Shown: positions 49,149-58,900, counted from the stretch's first letter. The stretch is DNA of 61,422 nucleotides from Chlorobiota bacterium (GCA_013152655.1 JAADFW010000279.1:1-61422), one strand, 5' to 3'. A program made the numbers and translations. The notes: generated by a model from the letters alone, not told the origin.

Positions 49149-49697
49149 ATGAAAAACTGTACTCAAATAATAATCAACACAGCAAGGTTGCAAGTTTATC
49201 CATTGCCTTTGGCCGATTTAAGGTTGTTGATTGAATCGCCAATGAAATATGCTCAGTCAATGAAACTTAACCTAAATGGCTTTTGCTTTAATGCGAATAC
49301 AATTCGTGCAATTAAAACAGATTTACTGCCTCATTTAATATCAGCAAAAATAGATTGGTATTATTATACAATGTGGCTAATGGTACAGAGGAGAATCAGA
49401 AATGTAACGGGGAGTTTTTGTTTTTACGGAAAACCTGATAGTGAAAAGAACGTGGAAATTGGGTATGGTGTTAATTCTGTTTATCAAAACAAGGGTTTTA
49501 TGGCCGAAGCACTCAAAGGTATTATTAACTTTTGTGTAAATGAAGATATTAAATTTATAAAAGCAAGGTGCAATTTAACAAATAAAGCATCGAACAGGGT
49601 TCTGGAGAAAAGTGGATTTTCTCTGGTTTGTATGGAAAATGAACTTAATACCTGGAAATTATCTATAAATAAAACTATACATAACTATTCATTATGA
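49149..49697 (+). CDS. GNAT-family N-acetyltransferase
   Basis: 182 aa. GNAT motif A region (EIGYGVNSVYQNKGFMAEALKGIINF) and NKASNRVLEKSGF. Confidence 0.8.
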   Translation: MKNCTQIIINTARLQVYPLPLADLRLLIESPMKYAQSMKLNLNGFCFNANTIRAIKTDLLPHLISAKIDWYYYTMWLMVQRRIRNVTGSFCFYGKPDSEKNVEIGYGVNSVYQNKGFMAEALKGIINFCVNEDIKFIKARCNLTNKASNRVLEKSGFSLVCMENELNTWKLSINKTIHNYSL

Positions 49698-51235
49698 AAC
49701 AAATAATTCTAACTGGCTTTTTAGTAAGCAGTATGCTTTTTATATCGTGTCACAACCAATATAAAAATAAGTCAAAACAGTATTTGATAAATATGCTTGA
49801 AAAGGCAGAAAATTTGAAAAATACAGAACAGATTAAGTCTATTTATTTAGATAGTGCTGTTCTTTATACAAAAGAGCTAATGCCTGTTAAAGGAATTAAG
49901 CCAATTATCTCAATTTATAAGTTTATGTTTTCAAAACAAAACATTGAGAATGTAAAATATATTACCGATTCTATTTCTGAATTTAAAAATAAGCACTTTG
50001 AATTTGGTATAAATATTATGAAAAGAGCTGGGCAACCTGCTGATACAAATAAATTTAAAGCTGTATTTGTACAAAAGGAAAATAAATATAAGATTTCTGA
50101 GATTTATTTTGGTGAAGAAGAATTGATAAAACGAAAACTTCCTGTATTGCCTAAGCCAACAGGAAAATATAAGGTTGGGCAAACAAGCTATTTTTATGAT
50201 AGAACTTTGTCCGGCAATAATCGGTTATTATCTTTTCAGGTTTGGTATCCTGCGATACCGGAATTGAAAACAAAGGCAGTATATCAAAGTGAAGAAATGG
50301 TAGAGGCTTCATCTGATTTTCTCGGATTTCCGCTTTTTATGGTCAGTTACTTTTCGTTAATAAAGAGTAATTCGTTTTTGAATGCAACTGTTTTTCCTGA
50401 CAAAAAGTTTCCGGTATTACTCTATAATCATGGATACGGAGGTTTTACCTCGGTTTATCAAACTGTTTTTGAAGAACTGGCAAGTCATGGTTATATAGTT
50501 GTTAGCATAGGGCATGAAAACGAATCGGCTTTGTTACTTGCCAACCAGGGGAAAGTTATAGCCAATAATCCTGAAAATGAGTTTTATAAAAGCAGGAGTA
50601 ATGAGTTGAACGGTATTGAAATTAGTGAATTACAAAGAGTTATACTTAATTCCGACGATGTAAAAGAAAATCGTAAAGCATACCAAAAGCTAATAGAACT
50701 TAGCCCTTTGCATAACGAAAGTACACGATTATGGCAATCGGATACTAAAGCCGTTTATGCCAAACTTATTGAACTGAACAAAAAAGATAATCACTTAAAA
50801 GGAGCATTCGATTTTAATTTGGTTGGCGCTTTCGGGCATTCAGTTGGCGGAGCCACTGCCGGCCAACTGGCATTTAGTTGTAATGCAACTAAAGCTGCCA
50901 TTAACCTTGATGGTTTTCAGTTTGGCGATTTAGTAAACAATAACCTGCAAGTACCATTTATGTTCGTTTCAAGCAGTCAACAGGAAGGCCGGTATTTAAG
51001 GGCATCAACTTTTATTGATAATTCAGAAACAGATTGCTATCAGGTGGTTGTTAAAGGATTTACACACAGCAGCTTTACCGATTTAGAATATTTTTTACGA
51101 GGAAATCCTAAAATAATAGAATTGCAACGGGCATTAATTCTTTCATTTTTTGACAAATACTTAAAAGGAAAGGATGTTAAGTTAAGTGCTTTGGAAAAAG
51201 AATTTCCTGAGATAAGAATTTTAATAAACAGTTAA
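49694..51235 (+). CDS. Alpha/beta hydrolase, PAF-acetylhydrolase-like lipase/esterase
   Basis: 513 aa with lipoprotein-like signal (FISC). LYNHGYGGF, GHSVGGATA (GxSxG) and GFTHSSFTD. ATGA overlap with the GNAT stop. Confidence 0.75.
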   Translation: MKQIILTGFLVSSMLFISCHNQYKNKSKQYLINMLEKAENLKNTEQIKSIYLDSAVLYTKELMPVKGIKPIISIYKFMFSKQNIENVKYITDSISEFKNKHFEFGINIMKRAGQPADTNKFKAVFVQKENKYKISEIYFGEEELIKRKLPVLPKPTGKYKVGQTSYFYDRTLSGNNRLLSFQVWYPAIPELKTKAVYQSEEMVEASSDFLGFPLFMVSYFSLIKSNSFLNATVFPDKKFPVLLYNHGYGGFTSVYQTVFEELASHGYIVVSIGHENESALLLANQGKVIANNPENEFYKSRSNELNGIEISELQRVILNSDDVKENRKAYQKLIELSPLHNESTRLWQSDTKAVYAKLIELNKKDNHLKGAFDFNLVGAFGHSVGGATAGQLAFSCNATKAAINLDGFQFGDLVNNNLQVPFMFVSSSQQEGRYLRASTFIDNSETDCYQVVVKGFTHSSFTDLEYFLRGNPKIIELQRALILSFFDKYLKGKDVKLSALEKEFPEIRILINS

Positions 51236-51276
51236 GTTATTCTATTTACAAACACAATAATAATAATCAATAAAAG

Positions 51277-52131
51277 ATGAAAAACGATAAGTCAGAAAAA
51301 AAGAAGTTAATATTAAGAACATCAGGTTTAATAACGGGAGGAATACTTACATGCATAATTGTACCGGCAATATTTAAAATTTTAGTTTTTAAGCCTATTA
51401 TTTCGTTATTTGTCGATAACGAAACTATTATTAAAAGTATTGTGGCTGGCCTCACAATATTAATTTTGATTTTATCCTATTATTTATTTTATAGTTTTTT
51501 TGAAAAACGAAGAATAAGCGAATTAATAATTTCCAAAGTACACAAATCAATATTGTTAAGTTTTTTATTTGGCTTTGGATTGATTTCGCTGGTTGTATTT
51601 ATATTGTACTTGTCGGGCAACTATTCATTTGTTCAGGTTAATCCATTTTCAAACTTACTTGAACCATTTATGCTTTTTACCGTAATGGGAATTTTGGAAG
51701 AGTTTATTTTCAGAGGAATTATATTTCGTATAATCGAAAATGTGTCAAATACAATTTATGCCCTTATTGTTTCTTCATTAGTGTTTGGGTTTATCCATTT
51801 TGCAAATTCGGGGTTTAGTTTGTTTAGTGGCATAGCAATTACTTTGCATCTGGGCTTATTAACAGGTATTTTATTTTCTGTTACTAAAAATATATGGTAT
51901 CCGGTATTTTTGCATATAGGCTGGAACTTTGCTTTTGTTTTTTACGGCATAATCGTTTCGGGAGCCGATGAACTAAATACTTTTATTGAAGCTAAATTAA
52001 GCGGCCCTGCAATTATTACCGGTGGCGAATTTGGCCCTGAAAATTCTATTATAACAATTTTACTTAGCCTGATAGTTTTTATGTTAATATACTTATTCAA
52101 TAAAAAAAATCAGAAGATTAGTCGTTTATAG
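51277..52131 (+). CDS. CPBP-family intramembrane metalloprotease (CAAX/Abi), second copy
   Basis: 284 aa, multi-TM. Motifs EEFIFR, FGFIH and HIGWN are all intact. Confidence 0.8.
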   Translation: MKNDKSEKKKLILRTSGLITGGILTCIIVPAIFKILVFKPIISLFVDNETIIKSIVAGLTILILILSYYLFYSFFEKRRISELIISKVHKSILLSFLFGFGLISLVVFILYLSGNYSFVQVNPFSNLLEPFMLFTVMGILEEFIFRGIIFRIIENVSNTIYALIVSSLVFGFIHFANSGFSLFSGIAITLHLGLLTGILFSVTKNIWYPVFLHIGWNFAFVFYGIIVSGADELNTFIEAKLSGPAIITGGEFGPENSIITILLSLIVFMLIYLFNKKNQKISRL

Positions 52132-52140
52132 ATTAATAAT

Positions 52141-53301
52141 ATGCGAGGGAACATATTTTTTGTTGTATTGGTTGTTACGGTTATTTTAATGAGTTCATGC
52201 GTTGAAAAATATTTTCTTGACAAACAGGAGCTAATTGTTTCGCGTATAGTTGTTGACGCATTAATAACCAATCAAACAGATACACAACTTATTGTTTTAT
52301 CAAAAGCAGCATCGCCTGAATCACCTGCGCTAATTGCATTAAAAAACTGTTTTGTTAAAGTAATTGAGAGTAATGGTGTTGAATTTAGTTTTAATGAGTC
52401 AGACGATAAACCGGGAAATTATGTAGGTGTAATTGATAAGAAATATTTGAGTGTAGGCTCAAAACTAAAACTGTTTTTTATTACGCCTGAAGGTGATGAA
52501 TATGAGTCTGATTACGAAGAATTTTTGCCGTGCCCGCCGGTTGATTCTGTTTATTATGAAATTGAGAAAGAGGTAACTACTGATCCGGATATTACAAATG
52601 ACGGAGTAAGATTTTATCTTGATTTAGTTTCGTCTGATGATTACGGTAAATACTATTTTTGGCAGTTAATTGAAACTTGGGAATACCATTCTGTGTGGCC
52701 TGTTATTATGTGGTACGATGGTATATTGCACGAAGTACCCAGCGATTATTCGTTATATTACTGTTATAGAACTACATTGGTAAATCAATTGTTTATTTTA
52801 AACACATCGTTATTAGAGCAAAATTTGTATAAAAAGTTTCCGTTGCATTTTGTAAATAACAAAACACAACGGTTATTGTATAAGTACAGTATTCTGGTAA
52901 AGCAATATGCCATAAGCGAAAAGGCCTATATTTTTTGGAAAAATATAAAAGCTAACAGTTTTGAGTCAGGTGGATTGTTTGATTCTCAACCATCAATAGT
53001 AGAAGGCAATATGCACAGCATAAGTAATGAAGAGGAAATAGTGCTCGGGAATTTTAATGTGGCAACAATAACTGAAAAGAGAATTATTGTAGAAAACATT
53101 CAAGGTTTATCTTTTGATATTCCCGGGTGCGACACCTATGTTCTTACTGAACCTTTAGCATGGACATCGCCACTCGATTGGCCAATATACTTTGCATATT
53201 CATTAAATCCGGACGGAACGCTTGTTTTTGGTGCAATAAATACTGACTGTATTGATTGTACTCTACGAGGAGGGACAACTGAAAAACCTGATTATTGGTA
53301 A
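52141..53301 (+). CDS. DUF4249-like lipoprotein (tentative)
   Basis: 386 aa with lipobox (LMSSC). The N-terminal pattern IVVDALITNQTDTQLIVLSK resembles DUF4249 proteins. Assignment is by eye only. Confidence 0.45.
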   Translation: MRGNIFFVVLVVTVILMSSCVEKYFLDKQELIVSRIVVDALITNQTDTQLIVLSKAASPESPALIALKNCFVKVIESNGVEFSFNESDDKPGNYVGVIDKKYLSVGSKLKLFFITPEGDEYESDYEEFLPCPPVDSVYYEIEKEVTTDPDITNDGVRFYLDLVSSDDYGKYYFWQLIETWEYHSVWPVIMWYDGILHEVPSDYSLYYCYRTTLVNQLFILNTSLLEQNLYKKFPLHFVNNKTQRLLYKYSILVKQYAISEKAYIFWKNIKANSFESGGLFDSQPSIVEGNMHSISNEEEIVLGNFNVATITEKRIIVENIQGLSFDIPGCDTYVLTEPLAWTSPLDWPIYFAYSLNPDGTLVFGAINTDCIDCTLRGGTTEKPDYW

Positions 53302-53436
53302 CAAAAACAAATAAATATTGTGAGTTTTATCATTATTAATAGGTATCATATTTTCCAAAATAATTCTATTAAAAAGTAATAAATGCAATTGAATCTACTT
53401 ATTTTCGCTATTATACTAAAAAACTAACCAGATTGC

Positions 53437-54033
53437 TTAATATTGCTCAATTTCAGTAGTGTTAACCAATTCATTTAACAATGCGTAAACCGTTAAGCCG
53501 GAAACAGTTTTTATGGCCAGCTTTTTTGTTATATTTTTTCGGTGAGCAATAACAGTATGCGTACTAATAAAAAGCGTATCGGCAATTTCTTTATTTGTCA
53601 TTCCTAAAGCAATACACCTTACAACAGCTTTTTCACGATTGCTAAGTTCAGATGATTCCTTTTTAATAATAATTTTAGGTATTTCTAAAGCATGTTTAAA
53701 ATTTTTAATAAGTTCTTCTTCGTTAGAATTTATATTGATAGAATAAAAACATTGTGCTTTAATATTTTCAGGTATTGGCACGTTATATATTGAAATCAGT
53801 TTAACTTTATTATTGAAATGTGACGATAGCTTTTTTGAGTTGGAATTATTTAATAAATTAGAATTGAAAATAAGATAATCAGGAGTGTTTTTATTTACTG
53901 AACGAACTGCAAACTCCCAATTGTCTGCTTCCTTAATTATGTCAATCAACGAAAAATCGTTTAATAAATTCTTTAATCCCTTTAGTATTATAGGTGACCT
54001 GTCAGCTAATATAATTTTTATTTTATGTGTCAA
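53437..54033 (-). CDS. LuxR-family transcriptional regulator with degenerate (pseudo-)receiver domain
   Basis: 198 aa. C-terminal LuxR HTH (LSNREKAVVRCIALGMTNKEIADTLFISTHTVIAHRKNITKKL). The N-terminal receiver-like fold has N where the phospho-acceptor Asp is expected (DYLIFNSNL). Confidence 0.8.
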   Translation of the reverse strand: MTHKIKIILADRSPIILKGLKNLLNDFSLIDIIKEADNWEFAVRSVNKNTPDYLIFNSNLLNNSNSKKLSSHFNNKVKLISIYNVPIPENIKAQCFYSININSNEEELIKNFKHALEIPKIIIKKESSELSNREKAVVRCIALGMTNKEIADTLFISTHTVIAHRKNITKKLAIKTVSGLTVYALLNELVNTTEIEQY

Positions 54034-54037
54034 AAGT

Positions 54038-54778
54038 TTATTTGTTTTTGGCTAAATAATTTAAAATTGATTTTTCCATTTTTACCACTTTTGGAATCAT
54101 TACTTTTTCTTCTATCCGTGAATGGTCATTAAGGTCTTTCTCCAGATTAAATAGTTGAATTAAAATACTATTGCTAATTTTAGTATTCTTAGGAGGAGGC
54201 AGGTATTTAATGATAATATTTTTAAGGTCGAAAAGTTTTTCCTCAATATTATCGTGTTCATTTAAATAATATTGCATTGAATAATTTTCCATCTTTTTTA
54301 TTAAAGCATTGTTGTAGTTATTTGTTTCATAAGCATTTTCAACTTGAACAGCATAAGGGTAAACTTTTGATTCTTCACGGTTTATATGTTCGGTTATTTC
54401 GTTTTTATATTCATTAAAAAATGATTGTAAAATTTCGAGGTTTTGTTTTTTATATGAGTTTTCAACAACAAGGTTCTGAATTAACTTTTCAATTTGCGGA
54501 ACACTATCATGTAAATAATTTTTATGAGCCTTCTGTAAATAATCTACTATTAATTTAACCGAGAATTTTTGCAAATCGGTTTTTGGAAAAAAACTTTCGT
54601 CATGATAAGCATTTATTATATTTAAAAAAAAAGCAAGGTTGATGTTCTTTTTCAGGCATAACTCTTCAACCGAAACATCGCCAAAGCCCAAAGTAATTCC
54701 AAACCTGTTAATTACCGGAAGTAATAAATAGTTAAGGTGAATAACATCCACCATTTTCATCTCTTTCTTTATCAACAT
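54038..54778 (-). CDS. Hemerythrin/HHE-like di-iron protein (RIC/ScdA-like, tentative)
   Basis: 246 aa. Repeated H-x3-E motifs (HINREE, HDNIEE, HSRIEE) plus AHKNYLHD. The N-terminal region resembles ScdA_N. 4-nt spacer to the LuxR gene. Confidence 0.6.
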   Translation of the reverse strand: MLIKKEMKMVDVIHLNYLLLPVINRFGITLGFGDVSVEELCLKKNINLAFFLNIINAYHDESFFPKTDLQKFSVKLIVDYLQKAHKNYLHDSVPQIEKLIQNLVVENSYKKQNLEILQSFFNEYKNEITEHINREESKVYPYAVQVENAYETNNYNNALIKKMENYSMQYYLNEHDNIEEKLFDLKNIIIKYLPPPKNTKISNSILIQLFNLEKDLNDHSRIEEKVMIPKVVKMEKSILNYLAKNK

Positions 54779-54817
54779 ATTATTGTTTTCTTTCTTTTGT
54801 AAATAGGTAAATCAATT

Positions 54818-55285
54818 TTAATTAAAAGTTAAAGGGGGGGTAATTTCTTTATTACTTTTGTGCAGAGCATTGTCAACAATATAGAACTCAAATTTAAAAG
54901 TATCATATTCAAAGGGTTTTATAGAGTTAAAAGTAAATTTAATTTCTCCCTTTAAAGTTTTGTTTTGTCCTTGAGGAACCACATTTGGAATAATATAAAA
55001 CAATGGAATATCAAAAAGTACTTTCTGAAAATTAGTGTCAACTTTATTATACAATGTAATAAAAAGATTATGTTTTAAAACTGAATCGCCAATTAGAGAA
55101 TCACCCTGGTCAAATCCTAAATCACCATCACCATCAATAAAGGAGAAAACAATTGACGAATCATTTTTAGAAAATTCCTTATACTCAATTTGAGGTGTGT
55201 CAGGATAGGTTTCAATTTTATGACAAGAGATAAGCCAAAATATTAATAAAATGACAACGCTTGTTATGTATTGTGTTTTTTGCAT
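54818..55285 (-). CDS. Small lipoprotein, unknown function
   Basis: 155 aa with lipobox (LISC) and an acidic DGDGDLGFDQGD motif. Confidence 0.6.
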   Translation of the reverse strand: MQKTQYITSVVILLIFWLISCHKIETYPDTPQIEYKEFSKNDSSIVFSFIDGDGDLGFDQGDSLIGDSVLKHNLFITLYNKVDTNFQKVLFDIPLFYIIPNVVPQGQNKTLKGEIKFTFNSIKPFEYDTFKFEFYIVDNALHKSNKEITPPLTFN

Positions 55286-55495
55286 AATACAAAATTAATG
55301 AATCTTATGTATATATTTTTTAATATGATGAAAAATGATGCATATTGGTTGTATATTAAAATATTTAATAATGATATTAGTCACTTAAAAATATGTTGTT
55401 GATACAACTTTTTTTCTTAATTATTTTATTAATAGCAAAATTTGAATTAAATTTCATGTTTTGAGAATGAGATAATAACATTAAAGAATATTAAT

Positions 55496-55765
55496 ATGAG
55501 CGAAGCATATAGTACGGCAATAACACTGTTGTTTGTAGGAATGTTTACTGTTTTTACTATACTTGCATCAGTGGTTCTAATGGGTAAATTTATCATTTTC
55601 ATAATTAATAAATTTTTTCCCGGGGAGCTAAATCCTACTATCAAGCCAATTGCATCAAATGTATTAATCAATAAAAAAACATTATCTGCAATTGTTGCTG
55701 CTGTTGAAATAGTTACAAAAGGAAAAGGCAGAATAACAGAAATAAAGAAAAATAATGATAAATAA
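55496..55765 (+). CDS. oadG: Oxaloacetate decarboxylase gamma chain (OadG-like)
   Basis: 89 aa with a single N-terminal TM helix. Sits directly upstream of the alpha and beta subunits. Confidence 0.75.
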   Translation: MSEAYSTAITLLFVGMFTVFTILASVVLMGKFIIFIINKFFPGELNPTIKPIASNVLINKKTLSAIVAAVEIVTKGKGRITEIKKNNDK

Positions 55766-55783
55766 TAATAAATATAAATTGTT

Positions 55784-57655
55784 ATGGCTAAAGAAATTAA
55801 ATTTTGTTTGCTTTTTAGGGATATGTGGCAATCGTCAGGGAAATATGTTCCCCGTGTTGACCAGTTGGTAAAAGTTGCTCCTTACATTATTGAGATGGGT
55901 TGTTTTTCAAGAATTGAAACAAACGGAGGTGGATTTGAACAAATAAATTTATTATTTGGAGAAAATCCGAATGTTGCTAATCGTAAATGGACACAACCTT
56001 TTAACGATGCAGGTATTCAAACTCAAATGTTAGAGAGAGCATTAAATGGTATTCGAATGAATCCTGTCCCTGCTGATGTTCGCAAGTTAATGTTTAAAGT
56101 AAAAAAAATACAAGGAACAGATATAGCGAGGTCTTTTTGTGGATTAAACGACCCGAGAAATCTGGAAAATTCAATAAAATTTGCTAAAGAAGGCGGTATG
56201 ATATCTCAAACTGCTATGAGTGTAACATATTCTAAAGTACATACTGTTGAATATTACTCTGATTTGGCTGAACAACTCATTAAAAAAGGTGCCGACGAGA
56301 TTTGTATTAAAGATATGGCAGGAATAGGACGCCCGGTTTTTCTTGGAAAAATTGTGAAAAATATAAAAGACAAGCATCCTGATATAATTGTTCAGTATCA
56401 TGGCCATTCAGGCCCCGGGTTTTCTGTAGCATCAACACTTGAAGTAGTAAAAGCAGGTGCCGACATTATTGATGTAGCTATGGAGCCACTGTCATGGGGG
56501 ACTGGCCATGCCGACTTGCTTACAATTCACGAAATGTTAAGAGATGCAGGTTATGATGTGCCTGAAATTAACATGAATGCATATATGAAAGTAAGGAGCA
56601 TTATACAAGAAATGATTGATGACTTTTTAGGTTATTATATTAATCCTAAAAACAGGTTTATGAATTCATTACTTATAGGGCCGGGATTACCCGGTGGTAT
56701 GATGGGTAGCTTAATGGCCGATTTGGAAAATAATTTAAAAAGCTTAAATAAATGGTTTGTGAAAAATAATAAACCGGTGATTAGTCAAGACAATTTGTTA
56801 ATTAAATTATTTGATGAGGTAGCATATATTTGGCCAAAGTTAGGTTATCCACCCTTAGTTACGCCATTTAGCCAATACGTAAAAAATGTTGCTTTAATGA
56901 ATGTGATGCAAATGGAAAAAGGGAAAGAACGATGGACAATGATTGATGATAGTACATGGGATATGATTTTAGGTAAATCAGGTAAATTACCCGGAAAAAT
57001 TGATGATGAGATTATTCAGTTAGCAAATGAACAGGGAAGAGAGTTTTTTAACGGAGTTCCGCAAGACCTTTACCCGGATGCTCTGGAAAGCTTTAAGAAG
57101 GAGATGAAAGAAAAAAAATGGGATTTTGGACAAGATGATGAAGAATTACTTGAATTTGCAATGCATAAATCGCAATATGAAGCTTATAAATCAGGTAAAG
57201 CTAAAAAGGATTTTGAAGCTGATTTATCCAAACGCAAAGCGGAAAAAGAAAAAGCTATGTCACCATCTGTTGTACCTGAAACTTCAGCTAATTATAAACC
57301 AAAAACAATGAATATTGATGTAAATGGTGAAGTATTTACAGTTTCTGTTTCGTATGATATAAATGAAAACGCACAGGACGCACCACCTAAAGCCGACGCA
57401 CCTGCTGCAAAACCTTCAGGCAATGTAAACAATATTATTGCACCGATAGAAGGAAAGTTTTTCTTTACAAAAGATAGTGCTGAAATTGCTGTGAAAGAGG
57501 GTGATATGATTAAAAAAGGTGAAAACATTGGATATATTGAATCTATGAAAGTATATAATGCCATAACTTCTCCATATGATGGTAAAATTGTGGAAATACT
57601 CGTTAAAAATGATAGTGATGTAGATGAGGATGATATAATATTTAGAGTTCAATAA
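55784..57655 (+). CDS. oadA: Oxaloacetate decarboxylase alpha subunit (carboxyltransferase + biotinyl domain)
   Basis: 623 aa. TIM-barrel carboxyltransferase (FRDMWQS, KDMAGIG, YHGHSGPG), an A/P-rich linker and a C-terminal biotinyl domain with SMKV. Confidence 0.88.
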   Translation: MAKEIKFCLLFRDMWQSSGKYVPRVDQLVKVAPYIIEMGCFSRIETNGGGFEQINLLFGENPNVANRKWTQPFNDAGIQTQMLERALNGIRMNPVPADVRKLMFKVKKIQGTDIARSFCGLNDPRNLENSIKFAKEGGMISQTAMSVTYSKVHTVEYYSDLAEQLIKKGADEICIKDMAGIGRPVFLGKIVKNIKDKHPDIIVQYHGHSGPGFSVASTLEVVKAGADIIDVAMEPLSWGTGHADLLTIHEMLRDAGYDVPEINMNAYMKVRSIIQEMIDDFLGYYINPKNRFMNSLLIGPGLPGGMMGSLMADLENNLKSLNKWFVKNNKPVISQDNLLIKLFDEVAYIWPKLGYPPLVTPFSQYVKNVALMNVMQMEKGKERWTMIDDSTWDMILGKSGKLPGKIDDEIIQLANEQGREFFNGVPQDLYPDALESFKKEMKEKKWDFGQDDEELLEFAMHKSQYEAYKSGKAKKDFEADLSKRKAEKEKAMSPSVVPETSANYKPKTMNIDVNGEVFTVSVSYDINENAQDAPPKADAPAAKPSGNVNNIIAPIEGKFFFTKDSAEIAVKEGDMIKKGENIGYIESMKVYNAITSPYDGKIVEILVKNDSDVDEDDIIFRVQ

Positions 57656-57672
57656 TAATTAAAGCCATTTTT

Positions 57673-58878
57673 ATGGATATTTTAAATAAATTATTCGAGA
57701 TGACAGCTTTTGGGGAATTGGCAAGAGTTCCCGGTACTTTTCTTATGCTGTTTATTTCTTTTGTACTGCTTTATCTTGGAATTAAAAAGAGATATGAGCC
57801 TTTACTGTTGGTTCCTATAGGTTTTGGAATGCTCCTTGCTAATTTTCCGGGAGGCCATATGGGAATTGTGCAATCAACAATTGAGAATAATATAATGCAT
57901 ATGACCATTATTGAAATAGCTAAAGAATATGGTATAATGAATTTTTTATATTACTCTTTGTTAAAAACAGGATTTTTACCTCCAATTATTTTTATGGGAG
58001 TAGGAGCACTCATTGATTTTGGCCCAATGTTGCGCAATCTGAGATTGGCATTTTTTGGTGCTGCTGCTCAAATAGGAATATTTACAGTACTTTTTGGAGC
58101 AATAGCAGTAGGGTTTTCACCTAAAGAAGCAGCTTCGCTTGGAATTATAGGTGGTGCTGACGGCCCAACGGCAATTTATACAACTATTTTGTTAGCTCCC
58201 CATTTATTAGGGCCTGTAGCCATTGCCGCATACTCATATATGGCATTAGTTCCTGTAATAATTCCAATGGTCGTTAATTTAGTTGCCAACAAAAAAGAGT
58301 TAAAAATTAATATGAAGGAAATGGATAAATTGTATCCAAATAAGAACCCAATTAAAAACATGAAGGTGGTTAAAATAATTTTTCCGATAGCTGTTGGTAC
58401 TATTACAGCCATTCTGGTTCCGTCATCTGTGCCTTTAATTGGAATGCTTATGTTTGGTAATTTGATAAAAGAAATAGGTTGGATAACTGAGCGTTTGCAT
58501 TCTGCAGCTTCAGGTTCAATATTAAATACATCAACTATATTTTTAGGATTAACCGTTGGTGCAACAATGACTTCTGATGTTTTTCTACAGTATAAAACAA
58601 TAATGATAGTCATAGGAGGTTTTATAGCTTTTTCTATTTCAATTGCAGGTGGTATTTTGGCAGTAAAATTTTATAATCTTTTTGCTAAGAAAAAAATTAA
58701 CCCTTTAATTGGTGCAACCGGACTTAGTGCAGTTCCTATGGCTTCGCGTGTAGCAAATGAAATTGCATTAAAACACGATTCCAATAATCATATTTTACAA
58801 TACGCTATGGCCAGCAATATTTCAGGCGTAATTGGCTCAGCAGTGGCTGCCGGTGTGTTAATTTCATTCCTTGGATAA
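57673..58878 (+). CDS. oadB: Sodium ion-translocating decarboxylase beta subunit
   Basis: 401 aa, polytopic membrane protein. GADGPTAIY and MASNISG-type motifs of the OadB/MmdB/GcdB family. Confidence 0.92.
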   Translation: MDILNKLFEMTAFGELARVPGTFLMLFISFVLLYLGIKKRYEPLLLVPIGFGMLLANFPGGHMGIVQSTIENNIMHMTIIEIAKEYGIMNFLYYSLLKTGFLPPIIFMGVGALIDFGPMLRNLRLAFFGAAAQIGIFTVLFGAIAVGFSPKEAASLGIIGGADGPTAIYTTILLAPHLLGPVAIAAYSYMALVPVIIPMVVNLVANKKELKINMKEMDKLYPNKNPIKNMKVVKIIFPIAVGTITAILVPSSVPLIGMLMFGNLIKEIGWITERLHSAASGSILNTSTIFLGLTVGATMTSDVFLQYKTIMIVIGGFIAFSISIAGGILAVKFYNLFAKKKINPLIGATGLSAVPMASRVANEIALKHDSNNHILQYAMASNISGVIGSAVAAGVLISFLG

Positions 58879-58900
58879 ATGGATATTTACGATTTATTTA

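Noticed and set aside
58176-58613. 145-aa antisense ORF inside oadB
   Set aside because: It is antisense to a highly conserved membrane subunit gene and has no motifs.
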